63,268 bases of DNA from an uncultured Clostridia bacterium (GCA_947624105.1 CANQIX010000002.1:1-63268); one strand, 5' to 3'. Shown: positions 9,207 to 16,828, counted from the stretch's first letter. Notes: generated by a model from the letters alone, not told the origin. Program-made: numbers and translations.

Positions 9207-9776
9207 ATGAAAAATATAGAAACAGAAAGATTGATTTTGAGGGAGTGGACACTTAAAGATGTGCCTGACCAAGTGGAAGGGCTCGGCAATTTTGAAACGG
9301 CAAAAAATCTTACCGTTCCATTTCCTTACACTGAGGAAAATTCGGTTGCATATATCACGAAACACCTAAAAAACACTCCGGCAAGTTATGCTTTTGCCGT
9401 TCAACTTAAAGGCACAAACAAGGTGATTGGCGGAACAAGTTTGGATTTTAGAGATGGGCAATATAATGGCGGAATATGGCTGAACGAAGCATACACTGGC
9501 AAGGGCTACGGCACTGAGGTTTGGATTGCGCGCGCTAAATTCGCATTTGAAGTTTTGAAAGAAAAGGAAATTGTGTGCGGCTATTTTGAGTTTAATAACC
9601 GCTCCAAACATATGCAAGAAAAAATTGGGCATAAAACGGTTGGCAAACAGACAAATTTTTGCCCGGCGCTAAATAAAGAGGTTGCAGAAGTTCTCACGAC
9701 ACTTAAAAAAGAAGATTTCTATGCCGCAATGCAATCTCCAAAACTAAAACCAGTCTATGACAAAATCAAAGTGTAA
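9207..9776 (+). CDS. GNAT family N-acetyltransferase (RimJ/RimL-like)
   Basis: MKNIETERLILREWTLKD... is a typical RimJ/RimL N-terminus. The acetyl-CoA region reads GKGYGTE. The track start at 9147 overlaps tRNA-Leu and is rejected. Confidence 0.7.
   Translation: MKNIETERLILREWTLKDVPDQVEGLGNFETAKNLTVPFPYTEENSVAYITKHLKNTPASYAFAVQLKGTNKVIGGTSLDFRDGQYNGGIWLNEAYTGKGYGTEVWIARAKFAFEVLKEKEIVCGYFEFNNRSKHMQEKIGHKTVGKQTNFCPALNKEVAEVLTTLKKEDFYAAMQSPKLKPVYDKIKV
9701..9770 (+). repeat. Direct repeat copy A (3' end of the GNAT gene)
   Basis: acttaaaaaagaagatttctatgccgcaatgcaatctccaaaactaaaaccagtctatgacaaaatcaaa recurs at 9932-10002 with 1 indel and 2 substitutions. Confidence 0.9.
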
Positions 9777-9823
9777 ATGATTTGTGTGAGATTTACCCGC
9801 TTATTTCAATATAGAACAAACCA

Positions 9824-9852
9824 TTGACTTTTAAATTTTTATGGCATATAAT
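9824..9852 (+). promoter_or_regulatory. Sigma-A promoter between the direct repeats
   Basis: TTGACT at 9824-9829, a 17-nt spacer, then TATAAT at 9847-9852. Confidence 0.55.
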
Positions 9853-9858
9853 AATCAT

Positions 9859-9922
9859 AGCAAAGTAAATCAAATTTCTTTACGGCGGTCATCTTAAAGT
9901 TGGGCTCGCCGTTTCTTTTTTT
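9859..9922 (+). ncRNA. Candidate small RNA of about 65 nt, unknown function
   Basis: The promoter at 9824-9852 is followed by the GC stem acggcg (9882-9887) paired with cgccgt (9907-9912), then ttcttttttt. No ORF is present. The ends are predicted, not measured. Confidence 0.35.
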
Positions 9923-9931
9923 ATTTTTTCT

Positions 9932-10002
9932 ACTTAAAAAAAGAAGATTTCTATGCCGCAATGCAATCTCCAAAACTAAAACCGGTCTATGACAAAATTA
10001 AA
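9932..10002 (+). repeat. Direct repeat copy B (orphan duplicate of the GNAT 3' end)
   Basis: About 96 percent identical to 9701-9770. It is followed by a weak terminator. Confidence 0.9.
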
Positions 10003-10008
10003 AATACC

Positions 10009-10029
10009 AAAGGTGTTCAGCCTTTTTTT
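10009..10029 (+). terminator. Weak intrinsic terminator after repeat copy B
   Basis: Hairpin aaagg-tgttcag-ccttt followed by tttt. Confidence 0.4.
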
Positions 10030-10104
10030 ATTTACCGCTAACTTGTCGAATATGAATGAATTAATTTTTTTCTAAAGTGTAAAGGCGTATTTTTCTAAAA
10101 TTTG

Positions 10105-10134
10105 TTGACATATATTAGGTTTTTATGTTAATTT
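10105..10134 (+). promoter_or_regulatory. Putative tracrRNA (and cas operon) promoter
   Basis: TTGACA at 10105-10110, an 18-nt spacer, then TGtTAATTT (extended -10) at 10126-10134. Confidence 0.5.
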
Positions 10135-10140
10135 ATTATT

Positions 10141-10249
10141 GTAACTTTATACCATACCAAACAGATTAAGGTTACTAAAACATGGGGATTCTCTTTTGAG
10201 ACCCGCAAAGCTCTAAGTCCGCTGGTTCTCAACGGACTTATCTTTTTTT
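10141..10249 (+). ncRNA. tracrRNA of the type II-C CRISPR-Cas9 system
   Basis: The anti-repeat at 10146-10181 (tttataccataccaaacagattaaggttactaaaac) matches the plus-strand CRISPR repeat at 30 of 36 positions. It therefore pairs with the minus-strand crRNA repeat, with internal mismatches forming a bulge. A stem gggattctc/gagaccc follows. The terminator aagtccg-ctggttctcaa-cggactt plus tcttttttt ends at 10249. The 5' end is predicted. Confidence 0.8.
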
Positions 10250-10261
10250 AAGGGGAAATTT

Positions 10262-13200
10262 ATGAAATATAGAATTGGTCTTGATATTGGAATAGCGTCG
10301 GTTGGCTGGTGCGTTATGAAGCACAATGAAAATGATGAGCCTTGCCAAATTATGGATTTAGGGGTTCGAAAGTTTTCGCCTGCAGAAAAGCCAAAAACGG
10401 GAGAATCTCCTGCCGTTGACAGAAGAGTTGCTCGCGGAATAAGAAGGAACATAAGACGCAAGAGGGAGAGGTTAGACAAATTAAAGGAGACACTTCAATC
10501 TCAACTTTTAGATGGGAAAGATATAGATTTTTCTCCATGTGAGTTGTATGTTTTGCGTGCAAAGGCTCTTGATGAAAAAATTGATGATAATGCACTTTCG
10601 CGTGTTATTTATTCTATTGCAAAGCATCGCGGTTTTAAATCAAATCGAAAGGCAGAGTTAAAAGAAAACGAAACTTCAAAGATGAAAAAAGCGATAGAAG
10701 AGAATAGAACAAACATCAGCAAATATCGTTCTATTGGTGAAATGTATCTAAAAGACGAAAAGTATCACGAAGTTCGTGAAAAAAGTTGCAATGGTGCAGT
10801 TACACAATATTCTGTTTTTCATACGCGAAATGATGCAAATCAATACGATAAAACATTGAGTAGGAGCGATGTGCTGAATGAGATTCAAACTATTCTTGAA
10901 GCGCAGCAACGATTAGGAAATGAAAAGATTACGACTGAATTTATAAATAAAATTTTGCACATTGTTGACTATCAAAAATCATACGATGAAGGGCCGGACT
11001 ATCCAAGCCCATATCACGTTTCATTTGCTGTAGGAAATTGCACGTTTTTTAAAGATGAGCAACGCGCTCCAAAGGCGGCATTTAGTTATGAATATTTTAC
11101 TGCACTTTGCGATATCAATCATTTGACTATAAATGGTGAAAAATTAACAGACGAGCAGAGACAAATCCTTATTGATGCATTTTTAAGTTCTGAGAGTGTA
11201 AAGTATTCTAAAGTTAAAAAACTTTTGAAACTTGATGAAAATGCAAAATTGGGCGGTAAAAGTGGTAGTGATAAAGACGACAGAGTTTTTGTGGCAAGAA
11301 AATTTTCTTATGAAGTCTTAAAAATCTTGAATATCAAAGAAAATCCAAAGGCTTATGAAGATTTGTTGAACAAAATTGCATACTGCTTTGCTATTTATAA
11401 GTCAGACGAGAGACGCTTGTCATATTTACATAAAGAAACTGACTTGTCTAAAGAAGAATGCGAAGCGCTTTTGGAACTTGACACAAGCAAGTTTGGAAAT
11501 CTGTGTGTAAAGGCGTTGAAAATGCTTAATACTGAACTTGAAAAAGGGGTAGTGTATTCTCAGGCGTGCCAAAATGCAGGACTTTTTAATGCTGAAAGCG
11601 AAAAGAAAATTAAGTTGAAATATAACGAGTTACCTGAAATTGAAGATATTACCTCGCCAGTTGTAAAGCGATCAGTTTCTCAAACGATAAAGGTTGTAAA
11701 CGCTATTATTGAAAAATATGGTTCTCCTTGCGCTATATATGTTGAACTTGCGCGTGAAATGAGCAAGGATTTTGCAGAGCGTAAAAAAATAGAGAAGCAG
11801 CAAGAAAGTGGATATGAGGAAAACGATAAGGCGATTAAAAGACTTAAAGAACTCGGCTTTGTTTCTCCAACTGGGCAAGATATTCTTAAATATAGACTTT
11901 ATGAAGAACAGGGCGGAAAATGTGCATACTCGCAGAAAGAATTTGTATCGGTGTTTGGCAGCCTTCAAAACGCATTTTTAAATAATAACACGCAAATTGA
12001 CCATATTATTCCTTACAGTCGCTGCTATAATGACAGTTTTAGCAATAAGGTGCTTGTGCTATCAAGCGAAAACTATGTAAAGGGGAATCGACTCCCTTAT
12101 GAATACTTTGGGAGCGATGAACAAAGATGGAATCAATTTGAAGCGTGGGCGATACAAACCTATCTAACAAACGGGAAAAAGAAGAGTCCTAAACTTGAAA
12201 GACTATTGCAAAGAGGACTTTCGGACGAGCAAGAACAAGAACTTAACAACCGCGCTTTGAACGATACAAGATATATATCCAAATTTGTTAAAGAATTATT
12301 CGAGAAACACTTAATTTTTGCCGACAGCAAACTTAGCAAAAGGCCCGTAAAAACCGTTAATGGGGTTATTACATCTTTCTTGCGCAAAATATGGGGTATA
12401 AAGAAGGAAAGATTTGAAAATGATTTGCACCACGCTGTTGACGCTTGTATCATTTCGTGCACAGATAACGGAATGATACAAAGAGTAACGAGGTTTATGC
12501 AATTTAATAGTTTGCTAAAGATTGGAAAAGAGCCCGTGTTTGTTGATAAATCTACAGGCGAAAAGTTCTCAGAAGAGCAAGTTCGTGAGAAGTATGGCGA
12601 CCATTACCAAATGCCATACGAGAACTTTAAAAGAGAGTTAGAGATTAGAATTTCTCCAAATGTTTTAAATTACAAAGACGAATTGTTTAAGTACGGATAC
12701 GATGAGGACGAATTGAACTCTTTAAGACCAGTTTTTGTTAGCAGAATGGTTAATCACAAGGTTACTGGACCAATGCACAAGCAAACAATCCGCAGCAAAA
12801 AATTATCAACAGAAGAAAATATTGTTGGGGTAACGAAAACCAGTATTCAAGAGTTAAAACTAGACAAAGACGGAGAAATTCAAGATTATCCAGAGAAATT
12901 CAAACAAGACGATCCTGTTTTGTATGAGGCACTAAGAAATCAGTTGAGAAAATTCCAAGAACAATATCCAACTGATTATGCGAAGAAGGCGTTTGCTGAG
13001 CCATTTTATAAGCCATCGCGCAATGCATCTAGCAGAAACGAAGTGAAGAGCGTTAAACTTGAAAAAAAGATGGGCGACGCAATTGAAGTCAATGGCGGAA
13101 TTGCTGAAAATGACTCAATGATAAGAATCGATGTATTTGAAAAAAAAGGAAAAACTTATTTTATTCCAGTCTATGTCATAGATTATTATAAAAAATCTCT

Positions 13201-13558
13201 TCCAAACAAAATAGCAAAGGCTGCATGTCCATATAAAGATTGGCCTGTTTGTGATGATAGTTATAAGTTTAAGTTTTCTCTCTATCAAAACGATTTAATA
13301 CATATAAAAAAGGATAAGCCAATTCCATTTTATCCAAGAGATAAAAAAGCCCCAAAAGAGGCAGTTATGCTAAACGACCTTTTCGTATATTATACGGGTG
13401 CAGACAGGTCAACAGCATCAATTTCTTTCGAAACGGTAGACGGTAAGTATTTTTCCAGAGGTAATGGGATTCAAGGCATAGAAATTGAGAAATATGAAGT
13501 CAGTATTTTGGGAAATGTTAGAAAAATTGATAACGAAACGCGCAAGGAGTTTTGCTGA
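10262..13558 (+). CDS. cas9: Cas9 endonuclease, type II-C, 1098 aa
   Basis: RuvC-I is MKYRIGLDIGIASVGW (D8). The Arg-rich bridge helix is RRVARGIRRNIRRKRERL. RuvC-II is IYVELARE. HNH is QIDHIIPYSRCYNDSFSNKVLVLSSENYVKGN (D580, H581; codons 11999-12004). RuvC-III is LHHAVDA (codons 12425-12445). cas1 and cas2 follow, with no csn2 or cas4. Confidence 0.95.
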   Translation: MKYRIGLDIGIASVGWCVMKHNENDEPCQIMDLGVRKFSPAEKPKTGESPAVDRRVARGIRRNIRRKRERLDKLKETLQSQLLDGKDIDFSPCELYVLRAKALDEKIDDNALSRVIYSIAKHRGFKSNRKAELKENETSKMKKAIEENRTNISKYRSIGEMYLKDEKYHEVREKSCNGAVTQYSVFHTRNDANQYDKTLSRSDVLNEIQTILEAQQRLGNEKITTEFINKILHIVDYQKSYDEGPDYPSPYHVSFAVGNCTFFKDEQRAPKAAFSYEYFTALCDINHLTINGEKLTDEQRQILIDAFLSSESVKYSKVKKLLKLDENAKLGGKSGSDKDDRVFVARKFSYEVLKILNIKENPKAYEDLLNKIAYCFAIYKSDERRLSYLHKETDLSKEECEALLELDTSKFGNLCVKALKMLNTELEKGVVYSQACQNAGLFNAESEKKIKLKYNELPEIEDITSPVVKRSVSQTIKVVNAIIEKYGSPCAIYVELAREMSKDFAERKKIEKQQESGYEENDKAIKRLKELGFVSPTGQDILKYRLYEEQGGKCAYSQKEFVSVFGSLQNAFLNNNTQIDHIIPYSRCYNDSFSNKVLVLSSENYVKGNRLPYEYFGSDEQRWNQFEAWAIQTYLTNGKKKSPKLERLLQRGLSDEQEQELNNRALNDTRYISKFVKELFEKHLIFADSKLSKRPVKTVNGVITSFLRKIWGIKKERFENDLHHAVDACIISCTDNGMIQRVTRFMQFNSLLKIGKEPVFVDKSTGEKFSEEQVREKYGDHYQMPYENFKRELEIRISPNVLNYKDELFKYGYDEDELNSLRPVFVSRMVNHKVTGPMHKQTIRSKKLSTEENIVGVTKTSIQELKLDKDGEIQDYPEKFKQDDPVLYEALRNQLRKFQEQYPTDYAKKAFAEPFYKPSRNASSRNEVKSVKLEKKMGDAIEVNGGIAENDSMIRIDVFEKKGKTYFIPVYVIDYYKKSLPNKIAKAACPYKDWPVCDDSYKFKFSLYQNDLIHIKKDKPIPFYPRDKKAPKEAVMLNDLFVYYTGADRSTASISFETVDGKYFSRGNGIQGIEIEKYEVSILGNVRKIDNETRKEFC

Positions 13559-14445
13559 TGGCGTATCTAAATCTCTTTGTCGGTTCAAACTGCCATATTA
13601 GTATAAAGAATTCACAATTGTTTTTAAAAAATGATATTAAACAAGAAGATTTCCCAGTTGAAGATATAAATTCAATAGTAATCGAAAATTTGCAGTCGAA
13701 CATCTCTCTTTATACGCTATCTTTCCTCGCTAAAAACAATGTTGCTGTTTTTATCTGTGACGAGCAACATTTACCATCTGCTTATCTTTTGCCATTTAAT
13801 TCCAACTACAATCAAACAAAGATGTTTAAAATTCAAACTGATATTTCTTTGCCATTTCAAAAGCAACTTTGGCAAGATATTGTTAAGCATAAAATAGAAA
13901 ATCAAAACAAATGTTTGATTTTGTGCAAAAAGAAAGGAATATTAGATGAGTTGATAAAAAGAGTAAAAACTCACGATAACACAAATGTCGAAGCGACGGC
14001 TGCAAGTAAATATTTTAAGGCATTGTTTGAATCGAATTTTACAAGAGAAAAAGACTGCGACATAAATTCCGCACTCAATTATGGATATTCAATTTTACGA
14101 GGCGCGATTGCACGAAATTTAGTTGCTCACGGGCTACTACCATTTTTAGGATTAAAACATAGTAATGTTTTAAACAATTTCAATCTCGCCGATGATTTAA
14201 TTGAAGTTTTTCGCCCTTTTGTGGATTTGTTGGTATATCAAAATTCTGAGATGCCATTTGATACAAAATACAAGATGAAACTTTTAAATCTACTTAATTA
14301 CGATTGCAAAATTTCCAATGGGTATTACACAATATCTTATGCGATAGAACTTTTTGTTCAATCGTATGTTGAAACCTTAAAATCTAAAGAGAACAAACTG
14401 AAATATCCAGAACTAATTCAGTTAAAGATGCACGAGTATGAGTAG
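13558..14445 (+). CDS. cas1: Cas1 integrase
   Basis: Follows cas9 with a TGATG overlap and an SD aaggag 8 nt upstream; the ORF also opens at TTG 13552. About 296 aa with a type II Cas1-like pattern (NTNVEATAASKYFKALF..., ALNYGYSILRGAIARNLVAHGLLP). Confidence 0.85.
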   Translation: MAYLNLFVGSNCHISIKNSQLFLKNDIKQEDFPVEDINSIVIENLQSNISLYTLSFLAKNNVAVFICDEQHLPSAYLLPFNSNYNQTKMFKIQTDISLPFQKQLWQDIVKHKIENQNKCLILCKKKGILDELIKRVKTHDNTNVEATAASKYFKALFESNFTREKDCDINSALNYGYSILRGAIARNLVAHGLLPFLGLKHSNVLNNFNLADDLIEVFRPFVDLLVYQNSEMPFDTKYKMKLLNLLNYDCKISNGYYTISYAIELFVQSYVETLKSKENKLKYPELIQLKMHEYE

Positions 14446-14758
14446 CATTATGAGGCTTTTAGTGTTTTTTGACTTGCCGGTAAAAACAAAAGAAGAAAAT
14501 AGGCAGGCGACACAGTTTAGAAAATTTTTGATCGATGATGGATTTTATATGATTCAATTTTCGTTGTATGGAAGAATATGCGCTACCATAGAAAATGCAA
14601 AACAGCACGAAGATAAAATTAAAAACTATCTACCATTTAAAGGTTCGGTTCGCAGTTTGATAATTACAGAAAAACAGTATGCAGGAATGAAGATTCTTTT
14701 AGGCAATACTAAGAAAAAAGACAAAAAAGTTGTTGAAGGACAGATTTCTTTTTTCTAA
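14438..14758 (+). CDS. cas2: Cas2
   Basis: 106 aa. (M)RLLVFFDLPVKTKEENRQATQFRKFLIDDGFYMIQFSLYGR is a typical type II Cas2. It overlaps the cas1 stop by 8 nt. An alternative ATG lies at 14450. Confidence 0.85.
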   Translation: MSSIMRLLVFFDLPVKTKEENRQATQFRKFLIDDGFYMIQFSLYGRICATIENAKQHEDKIKNYLPFKGSVRSLIITEKQYAGMKILLGNTKKKDKKVVEGQISFF

Positions 14759-14828
14759 AAAAAGTAGATTTTGACCATTTTTAAATAAAGAAAACACCAA
14801 ATTTTAAAAATTTCATAAAAAACAAAAA

Positions 14829-14871
14829 GGCTACATCAACGGAAAAACCGTAGATATAGCCTTTTGCTTTT
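14829..14871. terminator. Bidirectional terminator between cas2 and the CRISPR array
   Basis: Imperfect 14-bp hairpin ggctacatcaacgg-aaaaa-ccgtagatatagcc. It is flanked by ttttgctttt on the plus strand and ttttgtttttt on the minus strand. Confidence 0.6.
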
Positions 14872-14879
14872 AGTTCTCT

Positions 14880-15510
14880 ATTATACCATACCAAACAAAA
14901 TAAGGGAACTAAAATGTTTCGATGCTTGAAATCTTACTCATTTCTATTATACCATACCAAACAAAATAAGGGAACTAAAATGCTTGTAGTTTTGCCTTTG
15001 CAAGGTCTATTATTATACCATACCAAACAAAATAAGGGAACTAAAATCCGTAGTTGATTTGGCTGTTTGCGCTACAAGATTATACCATACCAAACAAAAT
15101 AAGGGAACTAAAATTAGTTTGCTGCTATTGAACAATTCACCATCATTATACCATACCAAACAAAATAAGGGAACTAAAATATTTGTAAAGTCTCCATACA
15201 TTCCTTGAACATTATACCATACCAAACAAAATAAGGGAACTAAAATCAGGCTGTTGTAGTATTTTCTCCGTTAAATATTATACCATACCAAACAAAATAA
15301 GGGAACTAAAATACTTTGTTGATGCACGCTGAAGTCAAATTCATTATACCATACCAAACAAAATAAGGGAACTAAAATAAAATGGTGTTACATAAAGCAA
15401 GTAATCAAATTATACCATACCAAACAAAATAAGGGAACTAAAATTGTCTTTTAACTTGAAACTCCAACATTTTGATTATATCATATAAAAGCAGAATTAG
15501 AAAACTAAAA
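14880..15510 (-). CRISPR. CRISPR array: 9 identical 36-nt repeats, 1 degenerate terminal repeat, 9 spacers
   Basis: The plus-strand repeat is attataccataccaaacaaaataagggaactaaaat. Repeats start at 14880, 14946, 15012, 15079, 15145, 15211, 15277, 15343 and 15409, with the degenerate copy at 15475-15510. Spacers are 30 nt except spacer 3 (15048-15078), which is 31 nt. In crRNA sense (minus strand) the repeat reads ATTTTAGTTCCCTTATTTTGTTTGGTATGGTATAAT. Confidence 0.97.
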
Positions 15511-15560
15511 ACTTTATGCTTTTGCTTGATTTTTGATGATTTTTATGCAATAATATGATT

Positions 15561-15682
15561 ACCATAAAGAGTGTGTTAGGGACAAGCCCGTTGATCACAC
15601 AGCAACCTGCAAGTGCAAGGTGCTAAGGCTTGAACGATGGAGTTATATGAAGTTTAATCCCATCGTATCGATGGGATTTTTT
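15561..15682 (+). promoter_or_regulatory. SAM-I (S-box) riboswitch leader of metK
   Basis: Conserved S-box elements are present: aaagagtgtgttagggacaagcccgttgatcacacagcaacc...aaggtgctaa. The terminator is aatcccatcg-tat-cgatgggatt followed by tttt. The cgatgg at 15635-15640 can instead pair with cccatcg as an antiterminator. metK lies directly downstream. Confidence 0.85.
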
Positions 15683-15712
15683 AATCTCTTTATGTGTTAA
15701 AAGGGGTAAAAA

Positions 15713-16828
15713 ATGAAAAAGAAGGAAACAACAAGAAAAATAATCACAAGTGAAAGCGTAAATATTGGGCACCCGGACAAGACTTGCGATTACATTGCCG
15801 ACAGTTTTTTAGACGAGGCGCTTAGGCAAGATAAAAACAGCCAAATGGCGGTTGAATGTGCGATAAAAAACGACAAATTGTTTATCTATGGAGAGGCAAC
15901 TACGACTGCCAAAATTGACTATGATGCCATCGCCAAAAAGGCGCTGAAAGAGATAGGCTATCAAAACGAATTTACGATAGTAAAAGAATTAAGCGAGCAA
16001 AGTGTGGAGATAAATCGTGCGGTGAACAGCACAGAAATCTCTGCGAATGACCAAGGAATTGTGTATGGTTATGCGACAAACGAAACGGACACATTTATGC
16101 CACTTCCAATCACGCTTGCACACGAACTTATGAAGAAATACGATGCGTATAGGCGCAGTGGAGAGGAGTTTTTTGCAGATGCGAAATCGCAGGTTAGTGT
16201 GCTTTATGAAGACGACAAACCTATAAGGGTAACCGATCTACTAATTTCCGTTTCGCACGCAGAAAATTTGAAAAGTGGCGAAATCTATGCAAAAATAATG
16301 CAAAATGTAATAAAACCAACGATAAAAAAGTATGAAAAGTATTTTGACGACAATACGAAATACATCATAAATCCAAGCGGGAAGTTTACGATTTGGGGGA
16401 GTTTTGGAGACAGTGGCTGCGTTGGAAGGAAGATCATCGTCGACACCTATGGCGGAGTTGGACGAGTTGGCGGAGGGTGTTTTTCTTCTAAAAACGCGAC
16501 CAAAGTCGATAGATCTGGGGCATACTACGCGCGATATGTTGCAAAAAATATTGTGGCGAACGGGCTTGCAGACAGGTGCGAAGTTGAGGCTTGCTTTGCG
16601 ATAGGCGTAGCAAAACCTTTAAGCATCTCGATTGACTGCTTTGGCACGAACAAAGTTCCAGAGGAGCAGATTGAGAAGTTTGTTTCGAAAAATTTTGACT
16701 TCTCACTTAGCAATATAATAAAGGAACTTGATTTGCTTAAGCCGATATACAAAAACACTGCCTGCTATGGGCACTTTGGCAGAGGCGAATTTCCTTGGGA
16801 GAAGGTAAAGAATTTGAGGGAAGAATGA
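15713..16828 (+). CDS. metK: S-adenosylmethionine synthetase
   Basis: ITSESVNIGHPDKTCDYIADSFLDEAL and GGGCFSSKNATKVDRSGAYYARY are MetK signatures. SD aaagggg lies upstream. Confidence 0.92.
   Translation: MKKKETTRKIITSESVNIGHPDKTCDYIADSFLDEALRQDKNSQMAVECAIKNDKLFIYGEATTTAKIDYDAIAKKALKEIGYQNEFTIVKELSEQSVEINRAVNSTEISANDQGIVYGYATNETDTFMPLPITLAHELMKKYDAYRRSGEEFFADAKSQVSVLYEDDKPIRVTDLLISVSHAENLKSGEIYAKIMQNVIKPTIKKYEKYFDDNTKYIINPSGKFTIWGSFGDSGCVGRKIIVDTYGGVGRVGGGCFSSKNATKVDRSGAYYARYVAKNIVANGLADRCEVEACFAIGVAKPLSISIDCFGTNKVPEEQIEKFVSKNFDFSLSNIIKELDLLKPIYKNTACYGHFGRGEFPWEKVKNLREE

Noticed and set aside
10146-10181. Alternative model: tracrRNA on the minus strand and crRNA on the plus strand
   Set aside because: The minus-strand continuation upstream of 10146 is AT-rich with no stems or terminator. 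The plus-strand continuation has a nexus-like stem and a clear terminator. In addition, the minus-strand repeat begins ATTTTAG like other type II crRNA repeats.
10213-10479. 88-aa minus-strand ORF, plus the ORF at 10350-10595
   Set aside because: Both are antisense to the tracrRNA terminator and the cas9 5' end. Neither has an SD. Both are shadow ORFs.
10262-14758. Classification as type II-A or II-B
   Set aside because: No csn2-like or cas4-like ORF lies between cas2 and the array or upstream of cas9. The Cas9 size and the repeat-internal promoter fit II-C.
15013-15225. 70-aa minus-strand ORF with the repeated peptide LVPLFCLVWYN
   Set aside because: It is a translation of the CRISPR repeats. 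The periodic peptide comes from the 36-nt repeat.
14916-15474. Self-targeting spacers against this window
   Set aside because: I saw no matching protospacer while reading the window. A full 63-kb comparison by eye is unreliable, so I make no claim either way; it needs a computed search.
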